Source: Bacillota bacterium
GTDB lineage: Bacteria; Bacillota; Clostridia; Christensenellales; UMGS416
Direction: 5' to 3'
NCBI GenBank assembly: GCA_023435705.1
Contig: JAEYRH010000016.1
Span: 44,691 to 108,690, forward strand
Length of the DNA: 64,000 nt
Below, in pieces: positions 1 to 9,923 of the stretch. The first letter of the stretch is position 1, and the number at the start of each line of letters is the position of its first letter. The position numbers and the translations under genes were made by a program. Under the pieces are notes generated by a model. That model saw only the letters and a list, made by a program, of their open reading frames with translations, had not been told where the DNA came from and did not search any database.

Positions 1-2
1 TG

Positions 3-1598
<1,596 letters not shown>

Positions 1599-1604
1599 AC
1601 AACC

Positions 1605-1629
1605 AAAGGCGGGGGAGACCCCGCCTTTT
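1605..1629. terminator. Bidirectional intrinsic terminator between convergent aspS and the 1636..2643 gene
   Basis: Stem GGCGGGG (1608-1614), loop GAGA, stem CCCCGCC (1619-1625), flanked by AAA on the left and TTTT on the right. Confidence 0.8.
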
Positions 1630-1635
1630 CTGTAT

Positions 1636-2643
1636 CTATCTATCCCGCTTCATCCGGTGATGCACCGGCTTGAACCCGCACCTGGCCCAGAACGCCTTTC
1701 CCACCGGGTTGCATTCCAGCACGTCCAGCTCCACAAACGCCGCGTCAGAGAAGCATTCCTTCATGATGCGCTCAAGGGCCGAGCGGCCCAGCCCATATTG
1801 CCGGTATTCGCGCTTGATATAGTATTGGCGCAGGTAAATGCCTGCCCGATTGCTATTTTGGGGCTCCTCCGGGCGGTAGAGACAATATCCGGCGGTTTTA
1901 CCGCCCGCCTCGATGATTAAGCCGTGATAGGCTCCATTGAGGAAGCCCCGCATCCGCTGCTCGAGCTCAGCCAGGTTCATGCGGTTGTCGCTGCCCTCAT
2001 CGCGGATCAAGCCCAGATTCATCTCCGCGACAACTGGTATGTCTGACGGCAGGATGCCCCGGATGCCAAAGGGGAGCTCCCGCTTCTCCGAAAACCTGGA
2101 TACGTTCAATCCAACCTCATAAGCCTGTGCCAACGCCTCCGGCTTCAAATCCTCCGGAGTGTCCACACCCTCCGCGTGCACCCGTGCCGCAGCCTTAATG
2201 CCCAGGTGCCCGTAGTAGTGCTCGATGGTCTCCAGGATGTGGTGGTTCTCCGAAGCGCTCCGCCCGGCCCGCACCGCGATGGAGATACCCAGCTTGCCAG
2301 CCGGCACAATCGTGCCACCCCTGGTGTCACAGAGAGGCAGGGAGCGGTCTATGAAGGTTTTCAGCTGCGCCGGAATATCACCCCACCAGCTGGGGCTGCC
2401 GATGCAAACCACATCGGCCACCATGAGCTGGGCCATCAGGACGTCCATATCGTCGCACTGCACGCACTGTCTTGTGGCGGCGCAGCCGTTGCAGCCGGTG
2501 CAATATCCAATCCGCATATCTGCCAGATGAAAGGTGTTGACCGAATAAGCAGCGTCAGCCAGGCCCAGAGCCGTTTCTGCCATGAGCTTGGCGGTGCTTC
2601 CGTTGCGGTTGGGGCTCCCCACGATACAGAGCGCTTTTTTCAT
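1636..2643 (-). CDS. Two-domain fusion: NADPH-dependent FMN reductase / iron-sulfur flavoprotein-like N-terminus + GNAT acetyltransferase C-terminus
   Basis: N-terminus: IVGSPNRNGST, CTGCNGC, IGSPSWWGDIPAQLKTFIDRS (flavodoxin-like fold with a Cys cluster). C-terminus: YLRQYYIKREYRQYGLGRSALERI...AFWARCGF (GNAT acetyl-CoA motif). AGGGGA RBS lies before ATG 2643. Confidence 0.75.
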   Translation of the reverse strand: MKKALCIVGSPNRNGSTAKLMAETALGLADAAYSVNTFHLADMRIGYCTGCNGCAATRQCVQCDDMDVLMAQLMVADVVCIGSPSWWGDIPAQLKTFIDRSLPLCDTRGGTIVPAGKLGISIAVRAGRSASENHHILETIEHYYGHLGIKAAARVHAEGVDTPEDLKPEALAQAYEVGLNVSRFSEKRELPFGIRGILPSDIPVVAEMNLGLIRDEGSDNRMNLAELEQRMRGFLNGAYHGLIIEAGGKTAGYCLYRPEEPQNSNRAGIYLRQYYIKREYRQYGLGRSALERIMKECFSDAAFVELDVLECNPVGKAFWARCGFKPVHHRMKRDR

Positions 2644-2661
2644 AACTGTCCCCTGGCTAAG

Positions 2662-3096
2662 TTATTTTCTTGTTTTCATATCGAGCAGCAGCTTTACATC
2701 ATGTAGGATCCGTTGATCTGCCACCTGGATCATCAGCCACAGTGTTCCGATGTATGGCTTGCCGTTGGCTACTAAATCAATGAGATAGGGAGTAAATTCG
2801 CTTTCCCGCGCCATCACTTCGTCAACCAGCTCCAGCTTGATCACCACCAGCGCCACGAAGCCCTGTGGCTCAGGGTATAAGGTGCAGAGTGATTTACCGC
2901 TCTTCTGGTATTTCACGTTCCAGCCCGGTTTCCCGGAGCATGTGCTGAAGGTGATCTTTGGCGATGCATTCCACTTGCTCTGGATATGGTCGTTCAAATC
3001 CCGCCAAAGGGCCGCTGCCGGCCCGGAAATGTAGCCGCAGATCTGCTCAAAGGAAGGTTCGCCGGCAGCGGACTGTATGAGGTTGGTTTCGTTCAT
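2662..3096 (-). CDS. DUF3788-family protein
   Basis: 144 aa. The pattern ...KWNASPKITFSTCSGKPGWNVKYQKSGKSLCTLYP...FVALVVI resembles DUF3788 as I remember it. AAAGGA RBS. 18 nt upstream of the next gene in the same operon. Confidence 0.55.
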   Translation of the reverse strand: MNETNLIQSAAGEPSFEQICGYISGPAAALWRDLNDHIQSKWNASPKITFSTCSGKPGWNVKYQKSGKSLCTLYPEPQGFVALVVIKLELVDEVMARESEFTPYLIDLVANGKPYIGTLWLMIQVADQRILHDVKLLLDMKTRK

Positions 3097-3110
3097 TGCC
3101 GTGTCCTTTC

Positions 3111-3746
3111 TCAGCTACGAGCGACCGGATGGCGCAGCACTGTTCTTTGCTTGGCGGGATCGCCCTTGTTGGGATCGGTCAGGTAGATCTCATGATGCCT
3201 GCCGCCGGCACCCAGGCGATTTTTTAGGCCCTGTTCTACAAGAAATGTCTCGATGCGCTCCATCGTTTCCGGCTCGGTGGCATAGGGCCCCAGGTGCATC
3301 GCCTGCACGCACAGGCCTTCGGTGAACTCCTCCAGCCGGATGAGCGAAAGTGCCTCGATGGGCTTCTTTTTCCTCACATCAGGCAGCAGTGCTCTGACCA
3401 AGTCGTCTGTTACAAACTCAGGCTGGCGGATCATCACCGTCCAGACCCAGTTACCCCGCTCGGTAAAGCTGAAAGTTCCGCCGTCAGACAACCCCCAGAG
3501 CCCCTCCAGCGGAGCCACCGTATACTCATAAAACCCTTCCGGCACGATCCCTTTCTTCGGGAGCATTTTGATCGTCCACGACATCGCGTAGAGCGCGCTC
3601 ACAGCGTCTTGAAATGATTCGTTGCCGTTGGGGTCTCCGGCGCCGTCCACCATCAGAAACCGCATTGTTGGCACATCCACCAATACAGGCTTTTCCGGAG
3701 GAAGGTAGAGCTCTTTGTTTTGCTTCTTGAAATCATAACCTGCCAT
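3111..3746 (-). CDS. GyrI-like small-molecule-binding domain protein
   Basis: The track ORF begins at GTG 3755. ATG 3746 is preferred because GAGGTG lies 6 nt upstream. The protein begins MAGYDFKKQNKELYLPPEKP...FLMVDGAGDPN, typical of GyrI-like/YdeE-type proteins. Confidence 0.6.
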   Translation of the reverse strand: MAGYDFKKQNKELYLPPEKPVLVDVPTMRFLMVDGAGDPNGNESFQDAVSALYAMSWTIKMLPKKGIVPEGFYEYTVAPLEGLWGLSDGGTFSFTERGNWVWTVMIRQPEFVTDDLVRALLPDVRKKKPIEALSLIRLEEFTEGLCVQAMHLGPYATEPETMERIETFLVEQGLKNRLGAGGRHHEIYLTDPNKGDPAKQRTVLRHPVARS

Positions 3747-3767
3747 ATCAATCACCTCATCGATATT

Positions 3768-4733
3768 TTACAGCGGCAATGATGACAGGGATATGTCATG
3801 ATTCCTTGCGTATTTTTCCGCAACTTGCTGGGCCATGTTTGCAACGATCTGGCGAACATGCAAGGGCTCCAGGATTTCCAGCGCCGGTCCGAAACCCAGC
3901 AGCCAACCATACAGCCAGTTGTTCTCCGGCAGGCGGGAGCGCACATAGAGGCCATCAGGCTGGTACTCAAGGTCGCCATCGCCGAACCACTCGATGGCGC
4001 TGTTTTCCGAGCCGTGCTCAAACTTGAGCAGCAGTTGCACCACAGACCGACGATCGGTGTCTCCTTCCTGCTCAGGCGGTGCAGCGGGCAGCTCCATGCG
4101 CGTGAACGTGCGGTCAGTCACAGCCAAATCCCTGGTGCGGATCACCTTGAATAACCGGAACGCGCCGCGCAGCCGGCAAAAACCGTATAGGTACCACCCG
4201 GTGCCCTTCATGATCAATGTATATGGCTGCACGACCCGCTCAGTGCGCCGGCTGTCAGTGTCGATATAGCGGAAGGAGAGCTCCTTTTGCTGCTCAATGG
4301 CACGACGCATCAGCTCCAGAGTGCTCTTGAGCTGTTCGCTGCCGCCCCAGGGAGTCAGGTCGATGAAGATCTGGCTGGTCTTCAGGTTTACTGCTTCCTG
4401 TTGTGATTTAGGGATCGTGTTCTTAATCTTGTCCAGTAGAATACCCAGTTTAGGATCTCGCAACGTGGAGGCCACGCCGGATACGCTTGTGATCAGCGCC
4501 GCCATGTCGTCGCCGGTGAGCACGCTGCGATCCAGCTTATAACCCTCTGCAATTCCGATGCCGCCGTTGGCACCCTGATAGGTCACAATTGGGATGCCGG
4601 CCATGTTAATGGCCTCTACATCCCTTAGGATCGTGCGCACTGACACCTCAAAGAGCTCCGCGAGTTCCCGGGCTGAAACCCGATCCCGCCGGAGCAACAC
4701 CGTGATGATGGATACCAGCCGATCCAGTTTCAT
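3768..4733 (-). CDS. HTH + WYL domain transcriptional regulator (YafY family)
   Basis: MKLDRLVSIITVLLRRDRVSARELAELFEVSVRTILRDVEAINMAGIPI (HTH_11-like). A WYL-like core is present (GWYLYGFCRLRGAFRLFKV). I prefer ATG 4733, which forms an ATGA overlap with the stop of the upstream AAC(3) gene. The longer track ORF to 4802 would overlap that gene by 73 nt. Confidence 0.8.
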   Translation of the reverse strand: MKLDRLVSIITVLLRRDRVSARELAELFEVSVRTILRDVEAINMAGIPIVTYQGANGGIGIAEGYKLDRSVLTGDDMAALITSVSGVASTLRDPKLGILLDKIKNTIPKSQQEAVNLKTSQIFIDLTPWGGSEQLKSTLELMRRAIEQQKELSFRYIDTDSRRTERVVQPYTLIMKGTGWYLYGFCRLRGAFRLFKVIRTRDLAVTDRTFTRMELPAAPPEQEGDTDRRSVVQLLLKFEHGSENSAIEWFGDGDLEYQPDGLYVRSRLPENNWLYGWLLGFGPALEILEPLHVRQIVANMAQQVAEKYARNHDISLSSLPL

Positions 4734-5542
4734 CTGTTGCTCCTGCTGTGGAACCACTCCACCGCGAAATCCACCAAAAGCCTTTGGCGCATCAGCCGGC
4801 ATTCCGCTGACCCAACCAACCTCTTGACGATGGGGTGGGTGAGTTCAAACGCCTCGCCGATTTCGGGGAAGCAGTCCGCATCCACTTCGATGTCATCGTA
4901 TTCTTTCCAGACGCGGGCGCCGTTTTCCAGCACCGGTGCGCCTTGGCGTTGAAGCGGCCTGGAATTGGCGCGATATTCAGCCAGGTGGATGGAGGTGTTG
5001 CGGTCATGGCCCACGCCGATCAGCAGCACATGGCCATCCAGATCATAGATCCTTGCCAGAGGGGAGCCATCACCCAGAGAGTATTCGAGCCGGTGCCCTT
5101 TGGTGATATCGTCCGCGTGCTTGCCCCAGGCGGTGAATGAAACCTGCGGATGGTTGCTTCGCAGCACGCATGGAAACTGCCTGAACAACTCCGGCACCGT
5201 GCCGATGCCGCTGGTTGGTGTGATATCCGGCTCATAGGCCGGCATCGTGTCACGGATCGTCTGCTGCCAGCTTTCCGGCACGGGTGGGTTGCACCAATAG
5301 GAGGGTTCACTCAGGTTGCCCGAATGGGCCGGCATCACCAGCGTCCCTTCCGGCGTGAGAGCATCCATCAACGCCTGAATCAGCGCCACGGCCCCTCCGT
5401 TCACCCAGCCCAGCCTGCTCATCGCGGTGTGGACAATCACAGTCATACCCGGCCCCAAACCAATTGCCCTTAGGTCTCCTGCGAGGCTTTCACGGGTGCG
5501 CGGCGCGGGTGTGCTTTGGATGATGTCATATTCTTTGCTCAT
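4730..5542 (-). CDS. Aminoglycoside N(3)-acetyltransferase family protein (AAC(3)/YokD-like)
   Basis: TVIVHTAMSRLGWVNGGAVALIQALMDALTPEGTLVMPAHS...LRSNHPQVSFTAWG...LLIGVGHDRNTSIHLAEYRA matches the AAC(3) fold signature. AGGAG RBS lies 7 nt before ATG 5542. Confidence 0.85.
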   Translation of the reverse strand: MSKEYDIIQSTPAPRTRESLAGDLRAIGLGPGMTVIVHTAMSRLGWVNGGAVALIQALMDALTPEGTLVMPAHSGNLSEPSYWCNPPVPESWQQTIRDTMPAYEPDITPTSGIGTVPELFRQFPCVLRSNHPQVSFTAWGKHADDITKGHRLEYSLGDGSPLARIYDLDGHVLLIGVGHDRNTSIHLAEYRANSRPLQRQGAPVLENGARVWKEYDDIEVDADCFPEIGEAFELTHPIVKRLVGSAECRLMRQRLLVDFAVEWFHSRSNR

Positions 5543-5666
5543 CTTTATCTCCTGAATGATGTATCACATTATAGCGCAAGCTTCGGTAACTTCCAAATTA
5601 TTACACAAACAGCTACAATATATCATATAAGCATCACGCTGAAGACGGAATTGGAGGGGAACATAC

Positions 5667-6239
5667 ATGGCCAACAGTGTGCTAATCCTCAATGGTAGCC
5701 CAAGAAAGAAGGGAAACACAGCTTTCCTGATCGGGAAACTGATTGAGGGAATCTGTGAGTCACAACCAGATACCCAGATTGAGACGGTGAATCTCCACAC
5801 TCTGAAGATTGGTCCGTGCCGGGCCTGTAACGGCTGTCGCAAGGAGGACAGGGTGGGGCAATACTGCGTCTATCAGGACGACATGGCCCCTCTGTATCAC
5901 AAGCTGATGCACGCAGACGCAATTGTGTTTGCGAGCCCCATTTATTGGTTTGGCATCACAGCCCAGATGAAGCTCTTCATTGACCGGTTCTATGGCCTGT
6001 GGCTGGAGCGCACCGCAGGCTTTGCGGGCAAGACGTTCGCGGCGGTTCTGGTGTATGGCGATGAGGACCCCCTGATCTCCGGGGCAGTGAATGCCATTCA
6101 CATGTTTGAGGATGCGGCCCGGTACTGCAAAGCCCGGTTAGCCGGTGTGGCCTATGGCACCGCAAACGATATCGGTGACGCGGAGCAGAATTCTGATTTG
6201 TGCCGGAAAACAAAAGAGCTCGGCATGTCTTTGCTTTGA
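5667..6239 (+). CDS. NADPH-dependent FMN reductase / iron-sulfur flavoprotein family protein
   Basis: LILNGSPRKKGNT...CRACNGC...FASPIYWFGITAQMKLFIDRF. Paralogous to the N-terminal half of 1636..2643. GGAGGGG RBS. Confidence 0.8.
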   Translation: MANSVLILNGSPRKKGNTAFLIGKLIEGICESQPDTQIETVNLHTLKIGPCRACNGCRKEDRVGQYCVYQDDMAPLYHKLMHADAIVFASPIYWFGITAQMKLFIDRFYGLWLERTAGFAGKTFAAVLVYGDEDPLISGAVNAIHMFEDAARYCKARLAGVAYGTANDIGDAEQNSDLCRKTKELGMSLL

Positions 6240-6258
6240 CCTGCCGAGCATTGTGTTT
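6218..6258 (+). terminator. Possible terminator overlapping the 3' end of 5667..6239
   Basis: GCTCGGCA (6218-6225) pairs with TGCCGAGC (6242-6249), followed by ATTGTGTTT. The 16-nt loop is large and the U-tract is weak. Confidence 0.4.
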
Positions 6259-6270
6259 CGACTTGATTTG

Positions 6271-7038
6271 TTATAACTCCTGCCTGGTGATGGCCCATGA
6301 CGCGCAGCCAAGTGCCAGGGCTATAAGAGCTGTGGCGGCGATGGCCGGCACCAAAAGGTCTGATGTTGGCATGGTTCCGGCGATCACCTGCAGGTTTATG
6401 GCGCCCAATGACGCGGGGGAAATGGCGGCTGCCTTTTTCGGGATCATCGAGAGCATCAGCAGGCCCCACGCTGCAAAAGCCCCCAGTGTGGCCAGGCCGT
6501 GGCTTTTGGCGGCAGTGCTGGCAAATATGGTGAGCGCCAGCAACAGCAATCCGTACAGCCAATAAGCTGCGAAACTGATCAGCAGGTGCCTGGCCGATTC
6601 ACTGGGAAACAGCCACAGCGTATAACCTTGACAGATGAAAGCCGACACCGCATAAATGGCGGTCCACAGCACCGCTGCGGCAGTGAATTTCGCCAGCACA
6701 AACGCCGGCCGGGAAAGGTTCTTTGTCAGAAGAATCGATGCAGTCCCTTTCGCCTTTTCATCCACCACCAACCCTGCAAACACCAGAAGCAGCACGATGA
6801 CAGCAATGCTGTTCATGTTCTTGAAGAACTGCAGATAGGAGTCCAGCACCGTGGGCGGATTCATCTGGATGATCACACCGGTGTCGTTGCCTGCCATTTT
6901 GAGGATCTCGGGCATAAACTTCGCCGCCGCTGGGCTCATGATGCCAAAAAGGATGAACACCAGGCCCAGGATCAGCAAACGCTTGGAGCGGATGTGCTCT
7001 GTGCACTCTTTCCCGGTGAATATCAGAAACGATCTCAT
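6271..7038 (-). CDS. ABC-2 type transporter permease (YxlG-like)
   Basis: 255 aa with about six hydrophobic segments. Its ATG overlaps the stop of the ATPase gene (7035-7038). Confidence 0.75.
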   Translation of the reverse strand: MRSFLIFTGKECTEHIRSKRLLILGLVFILFGIMSPAAAKFMPEILKMAGNDTGVIIQMNPPTVLDSYLQFFKNMNSIAVIVLLLVFAGLVVDEKAKGTASILLTKNLSRPAFVLAKFTAAAVLWTAIYAVSAFICQGYTLWLFPSESARHLLISFAAYWLYGLLLLALTIFASTAAKSHGLATLGAFAAWGLLMLSMIPKKAAAISPASLGAINLQVIAGTMPTSDLLVPAIAATALIALALGCASWAITRQEL

Positions 7039-7961
7039 TTGCCGATCACCTCCACGAATACGTCTTCCAGCGTGGGCTCCAAATGCTCAAACCGCCGGAT
7101 CGGGATGCCAAGTCCGGCCAGAAGTGGGCAGAGCTCCCGATCCATTGTGGTCAAACTGCTGGTTCGGATGGTATAGATCCCAGGGGCATCCGAATGCACA
7201 TCCTTCAGCCATTTCATGCCCTTCATGCCTTCTAGAAGGGTTTCATGCATCGACTGGTCTGCGATTTCCAGCATTGCGGATTTCGTGGGGTTCTTCGCGG
7301 TGATTTCTTCCAGCGATCCTTCCAGAGCAAGCTTGCCCTTGTGCAGGATGCCGACTCTGTTGCAGACGCGCTCCGCATCGGAGAGGATGTGTGTGGAAAA
7401 CAGCACGGTGTGCCTGCCGCTCAGGCTCTGGATGGTGTCCATGACTTCCTTGCGGCCTAACGGATCCAGTGCGGAAGTTGGCTCATCCATCAGCAGCAGC
7501 TCCGGATTGTGCATCAGCGCCTGGGCGATGCCAAGCCTTTGCTTCATCCCACGGGAAAACCCTTTGATGATCCGCTTTCCGTCCGCAAGCCCGACCATGC
7601 TCAACAGCTCATTGGCACGGACGATGGCGTCCGTCTTGTTCATGCCCTGCAATGTGCCGCAGAGCACCAGGTATTCCAGCGGTTTCATCCAGTCATAAAA
7701 TTGCGGCACGTCTGGCAGGTATCCGATGTTGAGGTTCGTCCTGCCGCTGCCGAACACAACCGGCTGGCCGCAGATGATGATTTCTCCGGCTGTCGGCTTG
7801 GCCAGGTTTGTTACAATCCTGAGCGTGGTGGTCTTTCCGGCGCCGTTCTGGCCCAGGAAACCGAACACACAGCCCTTTTCCAGTGTAAGGTTCAGGTTGT
7901 CCACTGCCCGAAGGGTCTTGAACTGCTTCACCAAACCCTTGATTTCGAGAACCGCGCTCAT
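7035..7961 (-). CDS. ABC transporter ATP-binding protein (YxlF-like)
   Basis: Walker A GQNGAGKTT, signature FSRGMKQRLGIA, Walker B LLLMDEPTSALD. I prefer start MSAVLEIKGL at 7961 (TGATG overlap with the upstream stop) over the track's 8036. Confidence 0.9.
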   Translation of the reverse strand: MSAVLEIKGLVKQFKTLRAVDNLNLTLEKGCVFGFLGQNGAGKTTTLRIVTNLAKPTAGEIIICGQPVVFGSGRTNLNIGYLPDVPQFYDWMKPLEYLVLCGTLQGMNKTDAIVRANELLSMVGLADGKRIIKGFSRGMKQRLGIAQALMHNPELLLMDEPTSALDPLGRKEVMDTIQSLSGRHTVLFSTHILSDAERVCNRVGILHKGKLALEGSLEEITAKNPTKSAMLEIADQSMHETLLEGMKGMKWLKDVHSDAPGIYTIRTSSLTTMDRELCPLLAGLGIPIRRFEHLEPTLEDVFVEVIGK

Positions 7962-8173
7962 CAGGCATCCTCCCGGCCAATCAGGAAATACAGCACTGGG
8001 CCGATGATGTTCACCAGCACGATGAGCACCACCCACAGCGCCACGCTGCCGCGCTTCACGGCCTTATGGCGCAGCAAATGCACGAGGGCTGTGATCATCA
8101 GCCCCAGCTGTATCGCCATGAGGGGGAGCAGGATGGGAAGAAGGTTCATAATCAGATCGAACGACATATTCAT
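7961..8173 (-). CDS. PLD nuclease N-terminal (PLDc_N) domain small membrane protein (YxlE-like)
   Basis: Two TM segments and the ...ALWVVLIVLVNIIGPVLYFLIGRE motif. ATG 8173 lies 8 nt downstream of AAGGAG. The earlier in-frame ATGs at 8200 and 8179 lack RBS spacing. Confidence 0.7.
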   Translation of the reverse strand: MNMSFDLIMNLLPILLPLMAIQLGLMITALVHLLRHKAVKRGSVALWVVLIVLVNIIGPVLYFLIGREDA

Positions 8174-8204
8174 TTTCATCTCTCCTTTATTTTCTCGCAT
8201 GTAA

Positions 8205-8230
8205 TACGGACAGATCGGTGAAATAGTTCA
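8205..8230 (-). promoter_or_regulatory. ECF-sigma type promoter, TGAAC-N17-CGTA, upstream of the PLDc_N/ABC operon
   Basis: The minus strand reads TGAACTATTTCACCGATCTGTCCGTA, 31 nt before ATG 8173. The same TGAACTAT...CGTAT frame occurs upstream of the ECF sigma gene at 18900-18925. Confidence 0.6.
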
Positions 8231-8322
8231 CTTCCCTTTATATTAATGATAGCGTAATTGTTGGCCACGAAGTTGAGCGGGCCTTTTCATCGGCACCAGG
8301 TATTTTCTTTTTCAAACAGATG

Positions 8323-8331
8323 TGGTATAAT
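8323..8331 (+). promoter_or_regulatory. Extended -10 element (TGgTATAAT) upstream of tRNA-Arg
   Basis: TG at 8323-8324 and TATAAT at 8326-8331, 17 nt before the tRNA 5' end. The -35 is weak. Confidence 0.5.
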
Positions 8332-8348
8332 ATGCGTCACCATCAGAT

Positions 8349-8424
8349 GCGCCTGTAGCTCAGAGGATAGAGCGTTCGGCTCCGGACCGAAAGGTCGTAG
8401 GTTCGATTCCTGTCAGGCGCGCCA
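8349..8424 (+). tRNA. tRNA-Arg (anticodon CCG), CCA encoded
   Basis: Manual cloverleaf: acceptor GCGCCTG/CAGGCGC, D arm GCTC-AGAGGATA-GAGC, anticodon arm TTCGG-CTCCGGA-CCGAA, T arm GTAGG-TTCGATT-CCTGT, then G-CCA. 76 nt. Confidence 0.9.
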
Positions 8425-8450
8425 GATCAAAACGTCAGTTTTGATACAAG

Positions 8451-8479
8451 AAAAAGTCCAGGAATACTGGGCTTTTTCG
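8451..8479 (+). terminator. Intrinsic terminator after tRNA-Arg
   Basis: AAAAAGTCCAG-gaata-CTGGGCTTTTT. Same stem family as the hairpins at 10429 and 11532. An AT-rich hairpin at 8426-8445 precedes it. Confidence 0.7.
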
Positions 8480-8665
8480 CATTTCAGGAGCAAATTAGGG
8501 CTGGTTATTTTCTCTGCGGTTATCAGCGGAGAAACGTGTTGGTAAGCCAGGGCAGGGGAATCACGCATTTGTTCGAGGTTTCGCGCAGAAGTATGGTATC
8601 AATACCGGATAATGTTATCGGATCGTTAAATTGTTTATAACACTTAAATGACTTGCTGTAGTGCC

Positions 8666-9757
8666 CTAGAAATCAAAGCCTTTCCAGACCGGTTCTCCGG
8701 TATAAGGGTGGGCATCTTCTTCCCCGCGTAAAACTCGAAGCACGGCTCCTGCCAGTTCCTCCTGCTCCATTTCCCCGGGGTAGATGGTGATTGGGGCAAT
8801 CCAGCCACAGCGGCTGCGGATGCCATCCACAATGTCATCAAAACGGACAAGCCCGCCGGTCAAAACAATGCCGTCTACTTTGCCGCAAAGTACGGTGCTC
8901 ATTGCACCGATTTCTTTGCAGATCTGATAAATCATGGCGTTCCACACCAAAACCGCTTTCCGATCCCCAGCTTCCACCATTTGGTGAACTTTATTCGCAT
9001 CAGAGGTACCGAAATGGCTGACAAAGCCTCCGGCACGGGAACACAAAAGCCGTACCTCCTCCAAGGAATGCTGCTCAATATAGTCCAACAAGCAGAGTAC
9101 GGGTATACTGCCAATACGGGTTGGGGCGTAGGGACCGTCTCCGCCGGAGCCTACGTTTCCGTCAACCATTTTTCCGCAGTCATGGGCATTTACCGTCACG
9201 CCGCCGTCGATATGGGCAACCACAAAGCGGCAGTCTTCATAGCGCCTACCCATGGATTTTGCATGATAACAGGCTACTGCCTTTTGATTTAAGGCATGTG
9301 TCTGGGCATTCCGGTACAATCCGGCGATGCCCGTCATGCGGGCATAGTCGCAAAGTTCATCAATATTGGTGGGGTTGAGTGTGAACATTTTCCCACCGTA
9401 CTCCATGCAAAGTTCATAGGCCAACAACACACCCAGCTTTGCTGCATGCTCGCTGCCGCCCACTGCATTCAATGTATCATAATAGAGCCGGTCATCAATT
9501 GGCATAACTCCTGCATGCTGGGGGTAGGCGCTTCCTCCGCGCCCAACATAGATATCTACATCCTCAGGTGCATAGCCATTCCGATGCAATATGTTTAGAA
9601 CTACTTGCTTACGGAAGGGAACCTGGTCATTCACTGAGGGGTACTGCAACAGGACAGGGGCGTCATGAAACTCGCTTTCCTCAAAAAGTGAATTATCATC
9701 TTCATACAGGCTGAGTTTTGTGGATGTGGAGCCTGGGTTAATTACCAGAATATTCAA
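8666..9757 (-). CDS. buk: Butyrate kinase
   Basis: NILVINPGSTSTKLSLYED..., ...VAHIDGGVTV..., GGDGPYAPTRIGS. I prefer the TTG start at 9757 (GGAAGGAAG lies 7 nt upstream), which gives the canonical MNILVINPGSTSTK N-terminus. The track start at 9775 is also TTG. Confidence 0.9.
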   Translation of the reverse strand: MNILVINPGSTSTKLSLYEDDNSLFEESEFHDAPVLLQYPSVNDQVPFRKQVVLNILHRNGYAPEDVDIYVGRGGSAYPQHAGVMPIDDRLYYDTLNAVGGSEHAAKLGVLLAYELCMEYGGKMFTLNPTNIDELCDYARMTGIAGLYRNAQTHALNQKAVACYHAKSMGRRYEDCRFVVAHIDGGVTVNAHDCGKMVDGNVGSGGDGPYAPTRIGSIPVLCLLDYIEQHSLEEVRLLCSRAGGFVSHFGTSDANKVHQMVEAGDRKAVLVWNAMIYQICKEIGAMSTVLCGKVDGIVLTGGLVRFDDIVDGIRSRCGWIAPITIYPGEMEQEELAGAVLRVLRGEEDAHPYTGEPVWKGFDF

Positions 9758-9923
9758 TATATAGCTTCCTTCCAAATATAGGATTAAATGATATAATTGC
9801 CATGAGTAATAATTATAGCATTCCCCGCTCTTTTTTCAATTGGGCATTAACCTCCCCCCAAAATATCTCTGGATATTATTATTATGTTATCATTCCGTCA
9901 AGTGAATGGGAGATGTTAAGTAG

